NCBI GenBank assembly: GCA_944389345.1
Contig: CALXMA010000002.1
Span: 11,406-75,405, forward strand
Length of the DNA stretch: 64,000 nucleotides
DNA from: an uncultured Alphaproteobacteria bacterium
GTDB taxonomy: Bacteria; Pseudomonadota; Alphaproteobacteria; Rs-D84
Direction: 5' to 3'
Below are positions 9,744-17,816 of the stretch, piece by piece. The position numbers and the translations under genes are program-made. The notes under the pieces were generated by a model that saw only the letters and a list, made by a program, of their open reading frames with translations, ran no database searches and was not told where the DNA came from. The stretch's first letter is position 1; each line of letters opens with the position of its first letter.

Positions 9744-9847
9744 TCTTCTCTCCTTTTTAAGTTTTGGGATAGAACAAACTTTTTTGTTCTTACTTATATT
9801 TTATATGAAAGAAAAAAATTAGTAAAGAAGAAAGTGCATTTTTTTCA

Positions 9848-10504
9848 CTACGAATATAATTTTTTGAAACCGTTTTCTATTTTTCTGACGTATTCAGGAT
9901 CATGATCACGCCAATATTTTGGATCGCGCATCATGCGACGTAAATCTGAGTCTGTTAAATTTTCTGTGTCATCATGTGTCGTGCGAACCGTTGGTTCCAT
10001 TGATTGCATCATCGCGTAAACACTGCGGATTCCCTGGGGTGTGGCGCACAATGCATCAAACGCATCACGTGGTAAATATTTTTCACCAAACGCATTTATT
10101 GCATTTAATGCATTACACATTTTTTCTGTATCACCAAAAAATTTTTCTAATTCTGATATCGCATTCGTTTCATTTTGCACATCAAATAAATCTGTAATTA
10201 TTGGTGATAAAAAATCTTGGGCAATTTGATAAATCTTTTCAACCTGGGTTGATGTTAACCCAATTTCAAAAAATTTTTCGCGTAATTCTGGATCATCGAA
10301 CAATGCATTTGTCGGATAATCTGTCGCAGATTCTGGGACACCAATTGCACGATTAAATTTCGTGCGCGCATCTTGGTCAGAATTTTCATCCGGCACAGAT
10401 ACCATCGTCCCCAGTTTCTTTTCTAGTTCAGAATATGACTTTAACAACGCGTCCGTGTTTAATGTACCATCGGATTTAAGAAATTTTGCTGGAATTTTTT
10501 CCAT
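9848..10504 (-). CDS. Head scaffolding protein-like
   Basis: The start MEKIPAKFLKSDGTLNTDALLKSYSELEKKLG is a typical scaffold N-terminal pattern. A GGGGGA SD precedes the ATG at 10504, and the gene lies upstream of the capsid gene. Confidence 0.55.
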   Translation of the reverse strand: MEKIPAKFLKSDGTLNTDALLKSYSELEKKLGTMVSVPDENSDQDARTKFNRAIGVPESATDYPTNALFDDPELREKFFEIGLTSTQVEKIYQIAQDFLSPIITDLFDVQNETNAISELEKFFGDTEKMCNALNAINAFGEKYLPRDAFDALCATPQGIRSVYAMMQSMEPTVRTTHDDTENLTDSDLRRMMRDPKYWRDHDPEYVRKIENGFKKLYS

Positions 10505-10697
10505 TTGTTTTTCCCCCTGATTCATTGGATTTGCGCAGAAAATAAATTCCGCCAAATGTAAATATAGATTGAAACATCGTGAATATATCTGTATCGCCAA
10601 CCATGTATGCGCCAACCGCGTACAGTATGCCCAGACCAGATATTATGCATGTTCTGTGTCCTGATAAAAAACCACCACTGATTATTTTACGTATCAT
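10476..10697 (-). CDS. Holin-like small membrane protein
   Basis: The 73-aa protein has two hydrophobic segments (IISGLGILYAVGAYMV and MFQSIFTFGGIYFL) and a charged tail. It lies directly downstream of the cell-wall hydrolase gene. Confidence 0.35.
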   Translation of the reverse strand: MIRKIISGGFLSGHRTCIISGLGILYAVGAYMVGDTDIFTMFQSIFTFGGIYFLRKSNESGGKTNGKNSSKIS

Positions 10698-10714
10698 AAT
10701 GTTTTCTTTGTTGT

Positions 10715-11125
10715 TCACAGGTAAAATAATAATCCGTCTATGTCCGCAATATATCCACGCGACGTCGCCCAATCTGGTATAGTATCTGCATGATGAAATC
10801 GCGTCGCGCCAAAGCATGTGTCTGGTAAATTTCCATGCAACATTCGTCCAACTGTGCGCAGGCACATTTCAAAACCACTGTTCGTTATATCAATATTTAA
10901 CAATTCGTGATTTGACGACGTCGGACACAGCGATGGAAATATAGACGCATCACATACCATATTTTCAATCGGGCATTCAAACGCACGTGAAAAATTTGCA
11001 ATCATTGATGTCAGTGCTTCGACAACGCGCAAGGATGATGCATGCGTTTCTGCGTATACTATGCGCGCGATTTTATACATCAACGATTTCGATGTATCTG
11101 GATTTTTTATCAGTGTCAGTTTCAT
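10715..11125 (-). CDS. Cell wall hydrolase, SleB-like (endolysin candidate)
   Basis: The pattern IARIVYAETHASSLRVVEALTSMIANF ... GATRFHHADTIPDWA matches the SleB/CwlJ-type hydrolase pattern. Confidence 0.7.
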   Translation of the reverse strand: MKLTLIKNPDTSKSLMYKIARIVYAETHASSLRVVEALTSMIANFSRAFECPIENMVCDASIFPSLCPTSSNHELLNIDITNSGFEMCLRTVGRMLHGNLPDTCFGATRFHHADTIPDWATSRGYIADIDGLLFYL

Positions 11126-11150
11126 GTTTGGACAATTCCCGTATTCTTGT

Positions 11151-11210
11151 AAAAATAAAACGGGTCACACCGTGTGCGACCCGCAATAAAAAAACCGCAT
11201 ATTAATGCGG
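11151..11210 (-). terminator. Tandem terminators downstream of birA
   Basis: On the minus strand, CCGCAT-TAAT-ATGCGG is followed by TTTTTTT, and then GGGTCGCACACGGTGTGACCC is followed by a T-rich run. Confidence 0.6.
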
Positions 11211-11262
11211 ACAAAATTCTTCTTTTTGAATGCCCTTATTGTATCATATTTTCACATAAATG

Positions 11263-11943
11263 TCAAGATGTTTTTTTGTCATCCGTGGATGTTGGCATAC
11301 TGATTTCATCGCCATACGCCAAAATATACCGCGTGCCGTCGCGCAAAATTAATGCCCCGGTCGTATTTATCCCGATTAATTCAACATTTGTTCCGCGGTA
11401 TTTTACAATTCTGTTCAAACCCGCCGCCAATTCTGTCCAACGCGCGCGCACATCCGCAAACGGCACACGGCGCCATTTATCCAGGTTCTTCATCAATTTA
11501 ACCAATAAATCAGAACAATCCACATCTGTATACTTATCCAGTTTAGTGGTTTTATATGACGACACCGTGGGATTTGATTTTACATTTATCCCAATTCCCA
11601 CAACGACAAAACGTCCCGCATATTCAATTAAAACACCCGCAACCTTTTTCCCGTCTATCAAAATATCATTAGGCCATTTTATCTGGGGGGTGATGCCAAA
11701 CGCAATCAGTGTTTCTGCAATCGCAACCGCAACAACATACGACAAACATGGATCACGTTCTTCGGCGTTGAAAATAAAACTGGCATACAGATTGCCATGA
11801 TGCGACACCCATGTGCGTCTGTACCGACCGCGCCCCGCAGACTGGGCCAGTGCAACCACAACCGTATGGTCGCGCGCATCACCCGATGCAACCAAGTCCA
11901 ATGCATAATCTTGGGTACTGGGGATTTTATCAAAAGATATCAT
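11263..11943 (-). CDS. birA: Biotin--[acetyl-CoA-carboxylase] ligase
   Basis: Motifs seen are QSAGRGRYRRTW and KWPNDILIDGKKVAGVLIE. The ATG at 11943 abuts the upstream gene's stop codon. Confidence 0.85.
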   Translation of the reverse strand: MISFDKIPSTQDYALDLVASGDARDHTVVVALAQSAGRGRYRRTWVSHHGNLYASFIFNAEERDPCLSYVVAVAIAETLIAFGITPQIKWPNDILIDGKKVAGVLIEYAGRFVVVGIGINVKSNPTVSSYKTTKLDKYTDVDCSDLLVKLMKNLDKWRRVPFADVRARWTELAAGLNRIVKYRGTNVELIGINTTGALILRDGTRYILAYGDEISMPTSTDDKKTS

Positions 11944-11944
11944 C

Positions 11945-12415
11945 TTATACCCGGCCAAGTTTATACACCCCGTTTTCATTTTGAATAAAATCACGACCAA
12001 ATGTACGGCGCAACTGGTATATTGCGGTATCAACCGTGTGTGTTGTCGCGTTCGGCGAATATCCCAATGCCGTACGCAAATCACCAGATGTCATTCCACC
12101 AGACCGGTACAGTAATATAACAATCTGGGCCTGGATATGTGGCAATGAAACCGCATGACCAAAAATATGTGTCAGAATTCGAATATTACCGTCCATTGCA
12201 CGCATAACCGCGGTCTTGATCGCCAATGGCGTCGCAGGCAAAGAAATATCCAACGCATCAAAATCCAGACATGTGGCATCGGGCGCATCGCACAGCGTCG
12301 CCCCCAGGTCAGATAATATCTGGCGCCAGATTTCGTCTGATGAATAAATCTTGATACCGTTTAACATATTTGCAGAATAATAAAACATCACAGAATTGTC
12401 CATAAAAAAGACCAT
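11945..12415 (-). CDS. Winged-helix (OmpR/PhoB C-terminal-type) DNA-binding protein
   Basis: The C-terminus SGDLRTALGYSPNATTHTVDTAIYQLRRTFGRDFIQNENGVYKLG matches the Trans_reg_C pattern. I see no receiver domain. Confidence 0.5.
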   Translation of the reverse strand: MVFFMDNSVMFYYSANMLNGIKIYSSDEIWRQILSDLGATLCDAPDATCLDFDALDISLPATPLAIKTAVMRAMDGNIRILTHIFGHAVSLPHIQAQIVILLYRSGGMTSGDLRTALGYSPNATTHTVDTAIYQLRRTFGRDFIQNENGVYKLGRV

Positions 12416-12459
12416 GATTATTACAATTCATGGTCTGGTACGTATCCAAAACCGACGGT

Positions 12460-12705
12460 TTATTCGCGCCCTTTGTCCGGGGTATCGATAAACTTGGTAA
12501 AATCTTGGATACTGGCACCCGTTGACGACAATATTTTTGAAATACTGTTCGTGGACGGCCATCGTGGTTGACCTTCTTTGGACCAGCGTTTGCTTTTATT
12601 AAACGTGGTCGGGTCCAGTCCACTGCATTTCGCCAATCCAGAACACGACATACCGTGTTCCGTGGCAAAACGTTCTATGGCGTGCCAAACATCATCATGG
12701 GTCAT
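12460..12705 (-). CDS. Small HTH protein resembling the N-terminal domain of alphaproteobacterial S24/CI-like repressors (no peptidase domain)
   Basis: The sequence is VWHAIERFATEHGMSCSGLAKCSGLDPTTFNKSKRWSKEGQPRWPSTNSISKIL. A paralog lies at 27002-27232. Confidence 0.6.
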   Translation of the reverse strand: MTHDDVWHAIERFATEHGMSCSGLAKCSGLDPTTFNKSKRWSKEGQPRWPSTNSISKILSSTGASIQDFTKFIDTPDKGRE

Positions 12706-12911
12706 TTTCTCTCTCCTGTGGTTAACATTCCGGATTTAATCCGAAAATCTGGATATATTCTTGATATATCTGGTATTGATTTTATTCCAATATTAAACCG
12801 CAGGCAACAAGGACGATTTCCTATTTTCCCCAGATTTTGGGCTTTTTTTGGCTTTTATACCTATATTTGGGAATAAGATAAAATAATTTTGACAAAAATA
12901 CTTGACAAATA

Positions 12912-12940
12912 CCAAAAAATGTATTACATTTCGATTCGTC
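12912..12940 (+). promoter_or_regulatory. Sigma70-like promoter for the candidate sRNA
   Basis: TTGACA (12912-12917) is followed by a 17-nt spacer and TACATT (12935-12940). Confidence 0.4.
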
Positions 12941-12946
12941 AAAGGG

Positions 12947-13141
12947 GGAAACCCCGGCGACGGGGTGAAAACCCCATGGGGTTCAGGGATTCAGACTCCC
13001 TCCTACATTCTCTCTCCTCTGGACTCTGGGCCCCACAAATTGGTTTAGAATGCCCAATTTCTTTTTCTCCTTTCCTTCCTTTCGGGGCATTCGGAAACAC
13101 CGCCGACGCAACAGCATCGGCGGCGTTTTTTATAATGCAAA
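12947..13141 (+). ncRNA. Candidate trans-acting sRNA (about 195 nt) with CU-rich loops
   Basis: A promoter lies upstream. The 5' part has alternating G4/C4 runs forming mutually exclusive GNRA-type hairpins. The stem GAATGCCC/GGGCATTC encloses a CU-rich loop. An intrinsic terminator (CCGCCGA...TCGGCGG plus a T6 run) closes it. There is no plus-strand gene downstream. Confidence 0.4.
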
Positions 13142-13146
13142 ATCCG

Positions 13147-14073
13147 CTATCTTTCAAAAACAGAAAATAATTCCCAATGCGCACTGGCCACGAATTGGTC
13201 AACAGGGATTAACCGCGTCATTTTATATCCGCCACGTGTCAGTATCGCGCAATCGCGACGCCATGTTGCCGGATTACATGAAACATATATCACACGACCG
13301 GTTGTGGAACGCGCCAATTGTTCACACTGGGCACGTGCGCCCGCGCGTGGCGGATCCATTACCACACAATCGTATTCTTTCAACATTCCAACGGTTAACG
13401 GGTGTGTAAATAAATCGCGCGTTGTCCCAATGCCCGCAATATCAAAACCATCCGCATTTAACGCAAATGTAAAATTACCCAATCCACAAAACAAGTCCGC
13501 CGTATGACGCGCCCCACGGGCAGATTCCACCACCATATTACGCAGTGTCTGTTCACTGGCCAATGTGGGCTGTAAAAATGCGCCCGCGGGATATTCAACA
13601 ACATGTCCATCAAAGTTCACCGTTGGTGTCGCACGCCGAACGACATCGCGACCGTTCCAGGTTATTCTGATGACATCTGTTTTTTCCGCACTGTGTTTGA
13701 ATTCTGTGGTAAAATACGGCACAGTCGATGTAATCGCAACATCCACGCCGTTATCGCACACCGTTACCAGGCATGAACCCGCCCCACCCCACGGCAATTC
13801 CGCAATTTGTGGTAAAATTTTATTTATTTCATCCATTAACAGCGGACAATGACGCACGGGGACGATATTCTTGCTGTGCGCCATATAAAAACCAAAGGCA
13901 CCGGGTGCGAACGCAAAATCCGCACGACGACGTCCACCGGGCGCGAACCATATCGCATCATCCGTGATTGGCAAATCGCCCAGTTCTGATAATTTTTTGG
14001 CGCGGTAATCAGGCGATGCAAAATCAAATTTGCAACCACCACAAATTCCAAAAAATGGACAAGTATTTATCAC
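13147..14073 (-). CDS. SAM-dependent RNA (uracil-5-)-methyltransferase, TrmA/RlmD family
   Basis: Features seen are the N-terminal Cys cluster CPFFGICGGCKF, FCGLGNFTF, DPPRAG and YVSCNPAT. Confidence 0.8.
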   Translation of the reverse strand: MINTCPFFGICGGCKFDFASPDYRAKKLSELGDLPITDDAIWFAPGGRRRADFAFAPGAFGFYMAHSKNIVPVRHCPLLMDEINKILPQIAELPWGGAGSCLVTVCDNGVDVAITSTVPYFTTEFKHSAEKTDVIRITWNGRDVVRRATPTVNFDGHVVEYPAGAFLQPTLASEQTLRNMVVESARGARHTADLFCGLGNFTFALNADGFDIAGIGTTRDLFTHPLTVGMLKEYDCVVMDPPRAGARAQCEQLARSTTGRVIYVSCNPATWRRDCAILTRGGYKMTRLIPVDQFVASAHWELFSVFER

Positions 14074-14079
14074 AGCACG

Positions 14080-14724
14080 TCAGAAATGTACACGGGCACC
14101 CAATCTGAACTGGTGCGCGACAGGCGCAAAATCAGATATCACATCGAATTCTGGGGAAAACATATACATATATCTGTACCCCAGGTCCAACGCAAAATGT
14201 TCGCCCAGTTCCACCCCCAGACCGGCCATAGCAGATATAACCGGACTGATTTTATTTTCTATTTTTGCGCCGTCCGCAGAATTCCACGATACGCCCGCAC
14301 CCACGCCGACGTACGGAACCATACGCTGGCGATAAAACAGGCGGTACATACTGTCTATTCTGGCATCAAAGTACGCGTTTATCATTGCCGTATCACCCGT
14401 CATATCAAACGCGTCCCATTTGGCCGATGTACGAATGTAATTCGCGTCCAGGCGGAAAATGTCCGTAACACGCATACCAACAACCGCTTCGAACGAAGAT
14501 GTGTTTTTACCACTGATACCGACCGCGTCATCAGCGCCGTTATTCCACATTGAAAAATCATACGCGCCACCAACATAAAACCGGCGCAGTCGGGCCAATG
14601 CCTGGTCATCGTTGACGGGCGTCGTATCAACCGGCATATTAACCTGTTCTGTACGATATGGAATCGCCGCATTTGCCACCATCGGCATCATACACATAAT
14701 ACTAAACAATATTTTCGATTTCAT
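14080..14724 (-). CDS. Outer-membrane beta-barrel protein
   Basis: It has the signal peptide MKSKILFSIMCMMPMVANA, alternating beta-strand patterns and a C-terminal ...LGARVHF. Confidence 0.7.
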   Translation of the reverse strand: MKSKILFSIMCMMPMVANAAIPYRTEQVNMPVDTTPVNDDQALARLRRFYVGGAYDFSMWNNGADDAVGISGKNTSSFEAVVGMRVTDIFRLDANYIRTSAKWDAFDMTGDTAMINAYFDARIDSMYRLFYRQRMVPYVGVGAGVSWNSADGAKIENKISPVISAMAGLGVELGEHFALDLGYRYMYMFSPEFDVISDFAPVAHQFRLGARVHF

Positions 14725-14747
14725 TTTTATTCCCCGTACTTAGCCCA

Positions 14748-15509
14748 TCAGAAATTCACACGGAACGACGCCATGATATTACTGATATTATCAACACCAC
14801 CGGCGCGAACATCCCAACCAAAACCATTGCCTATCATCATCTGGTACTGATACATAATATCAATTCCAATCAATTCATTCAGCATTACATTAAACCCAAG
14901 CGTGGCACGTGGCGCACCAATCACAAAGCCATCCGCCCCACCAGGACCACTGAACCGATAAAATCCCGCCGATGCGCCCAAGCCCATAAATGGAACAAAA
15001 CGACGACGATATGTTATATCGCCCATTTGCACATAACGGCGCGCAAAGTCAAAATACAGCATTCCACCAATCGTTTGGTACGTGGCATCCATTCCGGATA
15101 TATCAGAAAATTCAAACGTAGATTCTTGGAAATCTAGTTCTGTACGCACATAGGACGACAAATTCCACCCCAGGCCAATTTGGGTTGTCCAACTGCCCGC
15201 CGTGCTGAATTTTTCGCCGTTAAACGTTGCCTGGTCCGTGGCGAACGGCAGATTCAACCCCGCACCCGCACGCATATACATAGATGTCGGGACAAAAACC
15301 TGGACATCGGAATTATACCCCGCGTCCGCCGTCTGGTACACGTCCAGTCCCAACGCACCCGGCGCCGGATCAGGATTATCAATCGTATTGCGGGCACCGA
15401 CTAAATCAACACCCTCTAACACTTCGGCGCGAAATTTATCCGCATCATATGCCATCGCAGGCGTCGCCAATAATATCGCAAAAATCCCCAAGTATGATAT
15501 TTTCTGCAT
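14748..15509 (-). CDS. Outer-membrane beta-barrel protein
   Basis: It has the signal peptide MQKISYLGIFAILLATPAMA and a C-terminal ...ASFRVNF. Confidence 0.65.
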   Translation of the reverse strand: MQKISYLGIFAILLATPAMAYDADKFRAEVLEGVDLVGARNTIDNPDPAPGALGLDVYQTADAGYNSDVQVFVPTSMYMRAGAGLNLPFATDQATFNGEKFSTAGSWTTQIGLGWNLSSYVRTELDFQESTFEFSDISGMDATYQTIGGMLYFDFARRYVQMGDITYRRRFVPFMGLGASAGFYRFSGPGGADGFVIGAPRATLGFNVMLNELIGIDIMYQYQMMIGNGFGWDVRAGGVDNISNIMASFRVNF

Positions 15510-15597
15510 ATTTTTCCATCCAACTGTTAACATCAATAGAAAGTTTAACATAAATTGAAACTTGATTCCAGCGCGTTTTATTCGTACCATTCGAAAT

Positions 15598-16431
15598 ATG
15601 AAGAAGACAAATAAAGCATCTGATAAAAAAATTGCACTGATTGCGGGTGCCCTGGATTTACCGTTTTTTACACGCGATGCGTTGCGTCGCGCGGGTTGGG
15701 ACGTGTATGTTGTGGGGTTAAAACCATTCTATGACCCGCGATTGGACCCGGATATTGCCGTGCGTCCCGCCGGCGGGTGGCCGGCCGTGCGCCAATTCAG
15801 ACGACGCGGAATAAAAAAACTGACGTTTGTTGGCGCGTTGGGACACCCGAACCTGGGCGATATGCGACCAGATTTGTGGTCAATCGGGTTACTGGTCAGT
15901 ATTCTTAGACATCAAAAGGGGTATGATTCTATGGCGGTTGCATTAAACAAGGCATTAGAAAAACGTGGTTTTGAAATTGTCGCGGCCCAAGATGTGGCGC
16001 CGGAACTGACATTCCAAAAACCGGGTGTTCAAACACGAACAAAACCATCGGCACGCGATGAACGCGACATAAAACGCGCGATTGATGTTTCGCATACAAT
16101 TGGTGTTGCGGATATCGGCGCATCTGTGGTCGTTGACAGGCAAGTTATCGCAGTCGAAGCGGCCGAAGGAACCGCAAAAATGTTGGAACGCGTTGTAGAA
16201 ATGCGCAAGGGCCACAAACGCCCCAGTGGCGTATTCGCAAAAATGACTAAACCAGGTCAGGATTTAAGAATAGACATTCCTGCGATTGGGGTCGATACCG
16301 TTAACGCGGTGGCGGCGGCTAAATTACGCGGTATTGTTGTTAATACTAAAACATGCTTTGTCGTCGACAAAGACGCCGTTATTCGTCGCGCGAATGAATT
16401 AAAAATATTTATCGTCGCGGTAAACGAATAG
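15598..16431 (+). CDS. lpxI: UDP-2,3-diacylglucosamine diphosphatase LpxI (DUF1009)
   Basis: Motifs seen are KIALIAGALDLPFF, VVVDRQVIAVEAAEGT and DLRIDIPAIGVDTV. Confidence 0.75.
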   Translation: MKKTNKASDKKIALIAGALDLPFFTRDALRRAGWDVYVVGLKPFYDPRLDPDIAVRPAGGWPAVRQFRRRGIKKLTFVGALGHPNLGDMRPDLWSIGLLVSILRHQKGYDSMAVALNKALEKRGFEIVAAQDVAPELTFQKPGVQTRTKPSARDERDIKRAIDVSHTIGVADIGASVVVDRQVIAVEAAEGTAKMLERVVEMRKGHKRPSGVFAKMTKPGQDLRIDIPAIGVDTVNAVAAAKLRGIVVNTKTCFVVDKDAVIRRANELKIFIVAVNE

Positions 16432-16442
16432 TGAATTAAAAC

Positions 16443-16476
16443 AAAAAAACGGTCGGATTATTCCGACCGTTTTTTA
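16443..16476. terminator. Bidirectional intrinsic terminator
   Basis: The sequence is A7-CGGTCGGA-TTAT-TCCGACCG-T6, lying between convergent lpxI and the PPIase gene. Confidence 0.7.
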
Positions 16477-16490
16477 TTGTTGTGGAAAAA

Positions 16491-16823
16491 TTATTCCGCC
16501 TTGACAATGTCATTAACCGTAACGGTAAACACAACATCTTTGCCCGCCAAATCTGGGACATAATTTTCCGGGAATGTAATGTTAATGTCGCGTGTTTCGC
16601 CCTTTTCCATGCCGACCAATTGTTCTTCAAAACCGGGGACAAACTGACCACTGCCCAAGACCAATGGGAAATTCTGGGCGGTGCCACCTTCGAATGCAAC
16701 ACCATCCAAATATCCGGCGAAATCAATTACAACAGTATCACCGTTTTGTGCCCCAGCATTGCTGTCACAAGCGGACAAAAACATCGCACCACATATTGCA
16801 AATACAGACATTATTTTCTTCAT
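16491..16823 (-). CDS. FKBP-type peptidyl-prolyl isomerase lipoprotein
   Basis: It has the lipobox LSAC. The sequence [45 protein letters not shown] matches the FKBP/trigger-factor PPIase pattern. Confidence 0.7.
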   Translation of the reverse strand: MKKIMSVFAICGAMFLSACDSNAGAQNGDTVVIDFAGYLDGVAFEGGTAQNFPLVLGSGQFVPGFEEQLVGMEKGETRDINITFPENYVPDLAGKDVVFTVTVNDIVKAE

Positions 16824-16864
16824 ATTTGACCCCTTTTGTTCACATTTATTTATGTGATTTCAGT

Positions 16865-17164
16865 TTAGCGTATTTTTTTATCCGCACGCAACATATTATT
16901 TACAATCGCCATATTACGTTCGTTTGACGTGGCAATCCGTTCATCAGATTTGCGCATGGCGATTTCTATCATTTTTTTGTACTGGGACATAATTTGAACA
17001 TTCTGGGGATTTTTTGCGCCCGCCAATGGGTTATACCCAGACGACTGTAAAAACTGGGACGCACGACGCAAATCGCGCGCCAACATTTTATCTTCGGCAA
17101 CGGCTTCGTCTTGCATCATTCGATTCAGCCATTCCATAGCGGTGGCGTATTCATCTGTTTTCAT
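16865..17164 (-). CDS. Hypothetical protein (99 aa)
   Basis: This is an ORF only, and I recognise no family. Confidence 0.35.
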   Translation of the reverse strand: MKTDEYATAMEWLNRMMQDEAVAEDKMLARDLRRASQFLQSSGYNPLAGAKNPQNVQIMSQYKKMIEIAMRKSDERIATSNERNMAIVNNMLRADKKIR

Positions 17165-17176
17165 GGCAAAAATATA

Positions 17177-17740
17177 TTAATTGTTATAAACACATCTGAA
17201 ACCGTATTCACGCATGGTGGAACCTTCGGCTTCGACCCTGTAATCAAAGAACGGCGTTGGACGCATAACATCAAACGACGGACGGTCGTATACCATAACA
17301 ATACTGTCCGCGTTGCGGCCACAAATACGTTTCATTTCATAATCTGCAACCTTGGCCAATACGGTACGCGCATCGCCATCAATATCCATTCCGTCGGCAT
17401 TTTGAATCAGGCGCAGACGCATTTCACGCACATCGGAATTTCCCAACAATATCTGAACCCGGACCATTGTGCCACGGTATTCTTGCCAGCGTGTTTCCAT
17501 ACGCGACGTGTTCCAGCGGTTATTGCTGGCCTCCTTTTCGGCGGCGGTTTTTGGTTTGTATGAATCAATATTGGAATACTGATTTTCCGCCTGCATAAAC
17601 GTGCTGGTCCGTTCGTTATACAATGGTGCATCGGCACCGCCGGCGGCGAAATCATCCGCGTTATACGGCGCATCTGTGTCCGTTGCACACGCACCCAACA
17701 ACACCGCAGAACAAAGCATTATCAACCAAGATTTTTTCAT
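17177..17740 (-). CDS. Hypothetical lipoprotein
   Basis: The sequence MKKSWLIMLCSAVLLGAC gives a lipobox. Confidence 0.5.
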   Translation of the reverse strand: MKKSWLIMLCSAVLLGACATDTDAPYNADDFAAGGADAPLYNERTSTFMQAENQYSNIDSYKPKTAAEKEASNNRWNTSRMETRWQEYRGTMVRVQILLGNSDVREMRLRLIQNADGMDIDGDARTVLAKVADYEMKRICGRNADSIVMVYDRPSFDVMRPTPFFDYRVEAEGSTMREYGFRCVYNN

Positions 17741-17816
17741 AGTTATCTCTCTTTTTTTCAATTTTATCAAATAAAGCGTTTTGATTCAAGTCAGGATTTA
17801 TGATAAAATTAGAACA

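Larger units (their letters stand above)
19..11165 (-). mobile_element. Degraded T7-like (podovirus-type) prophage remnant with lysis, scaffold, capsid, tail-tube, fiber N-domain and split terminase genes; no portal, internal core proteins, small terminase or integrase recognised
   Basis: A collinear minus-strand block runs hydrolase, holin-like, scaffold, capsid, tubular A, tubular B, fiber N-domain, TerL, which follows T7 late-gene order. The right edge is set by tandem birA terminators (11151-11210). The left end runs out of the window. Confidence 0.6.

Noticed and set aside
9189-9905. A 238-aa plus-strand ORF rich in Phe and Cys (FFCNWFF repeats).
   Set aside because: It is the mirror image of the Lys/Ala repeat gene (the AAG/AAA codons read as CTT/TTT). 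The minus-strand gene has a strong SD, a promoter and terminators, and the plus-strand ORF has none of these.
12889-13202. Overlapping ORFs of 87-119 aa on both strands in the candidate sRNA region.
   Set aside because: They have no SD, their composition is low-complexity, and they run across a promoter-hairpin-terminator architecture. An RNA gene is the better explanation.
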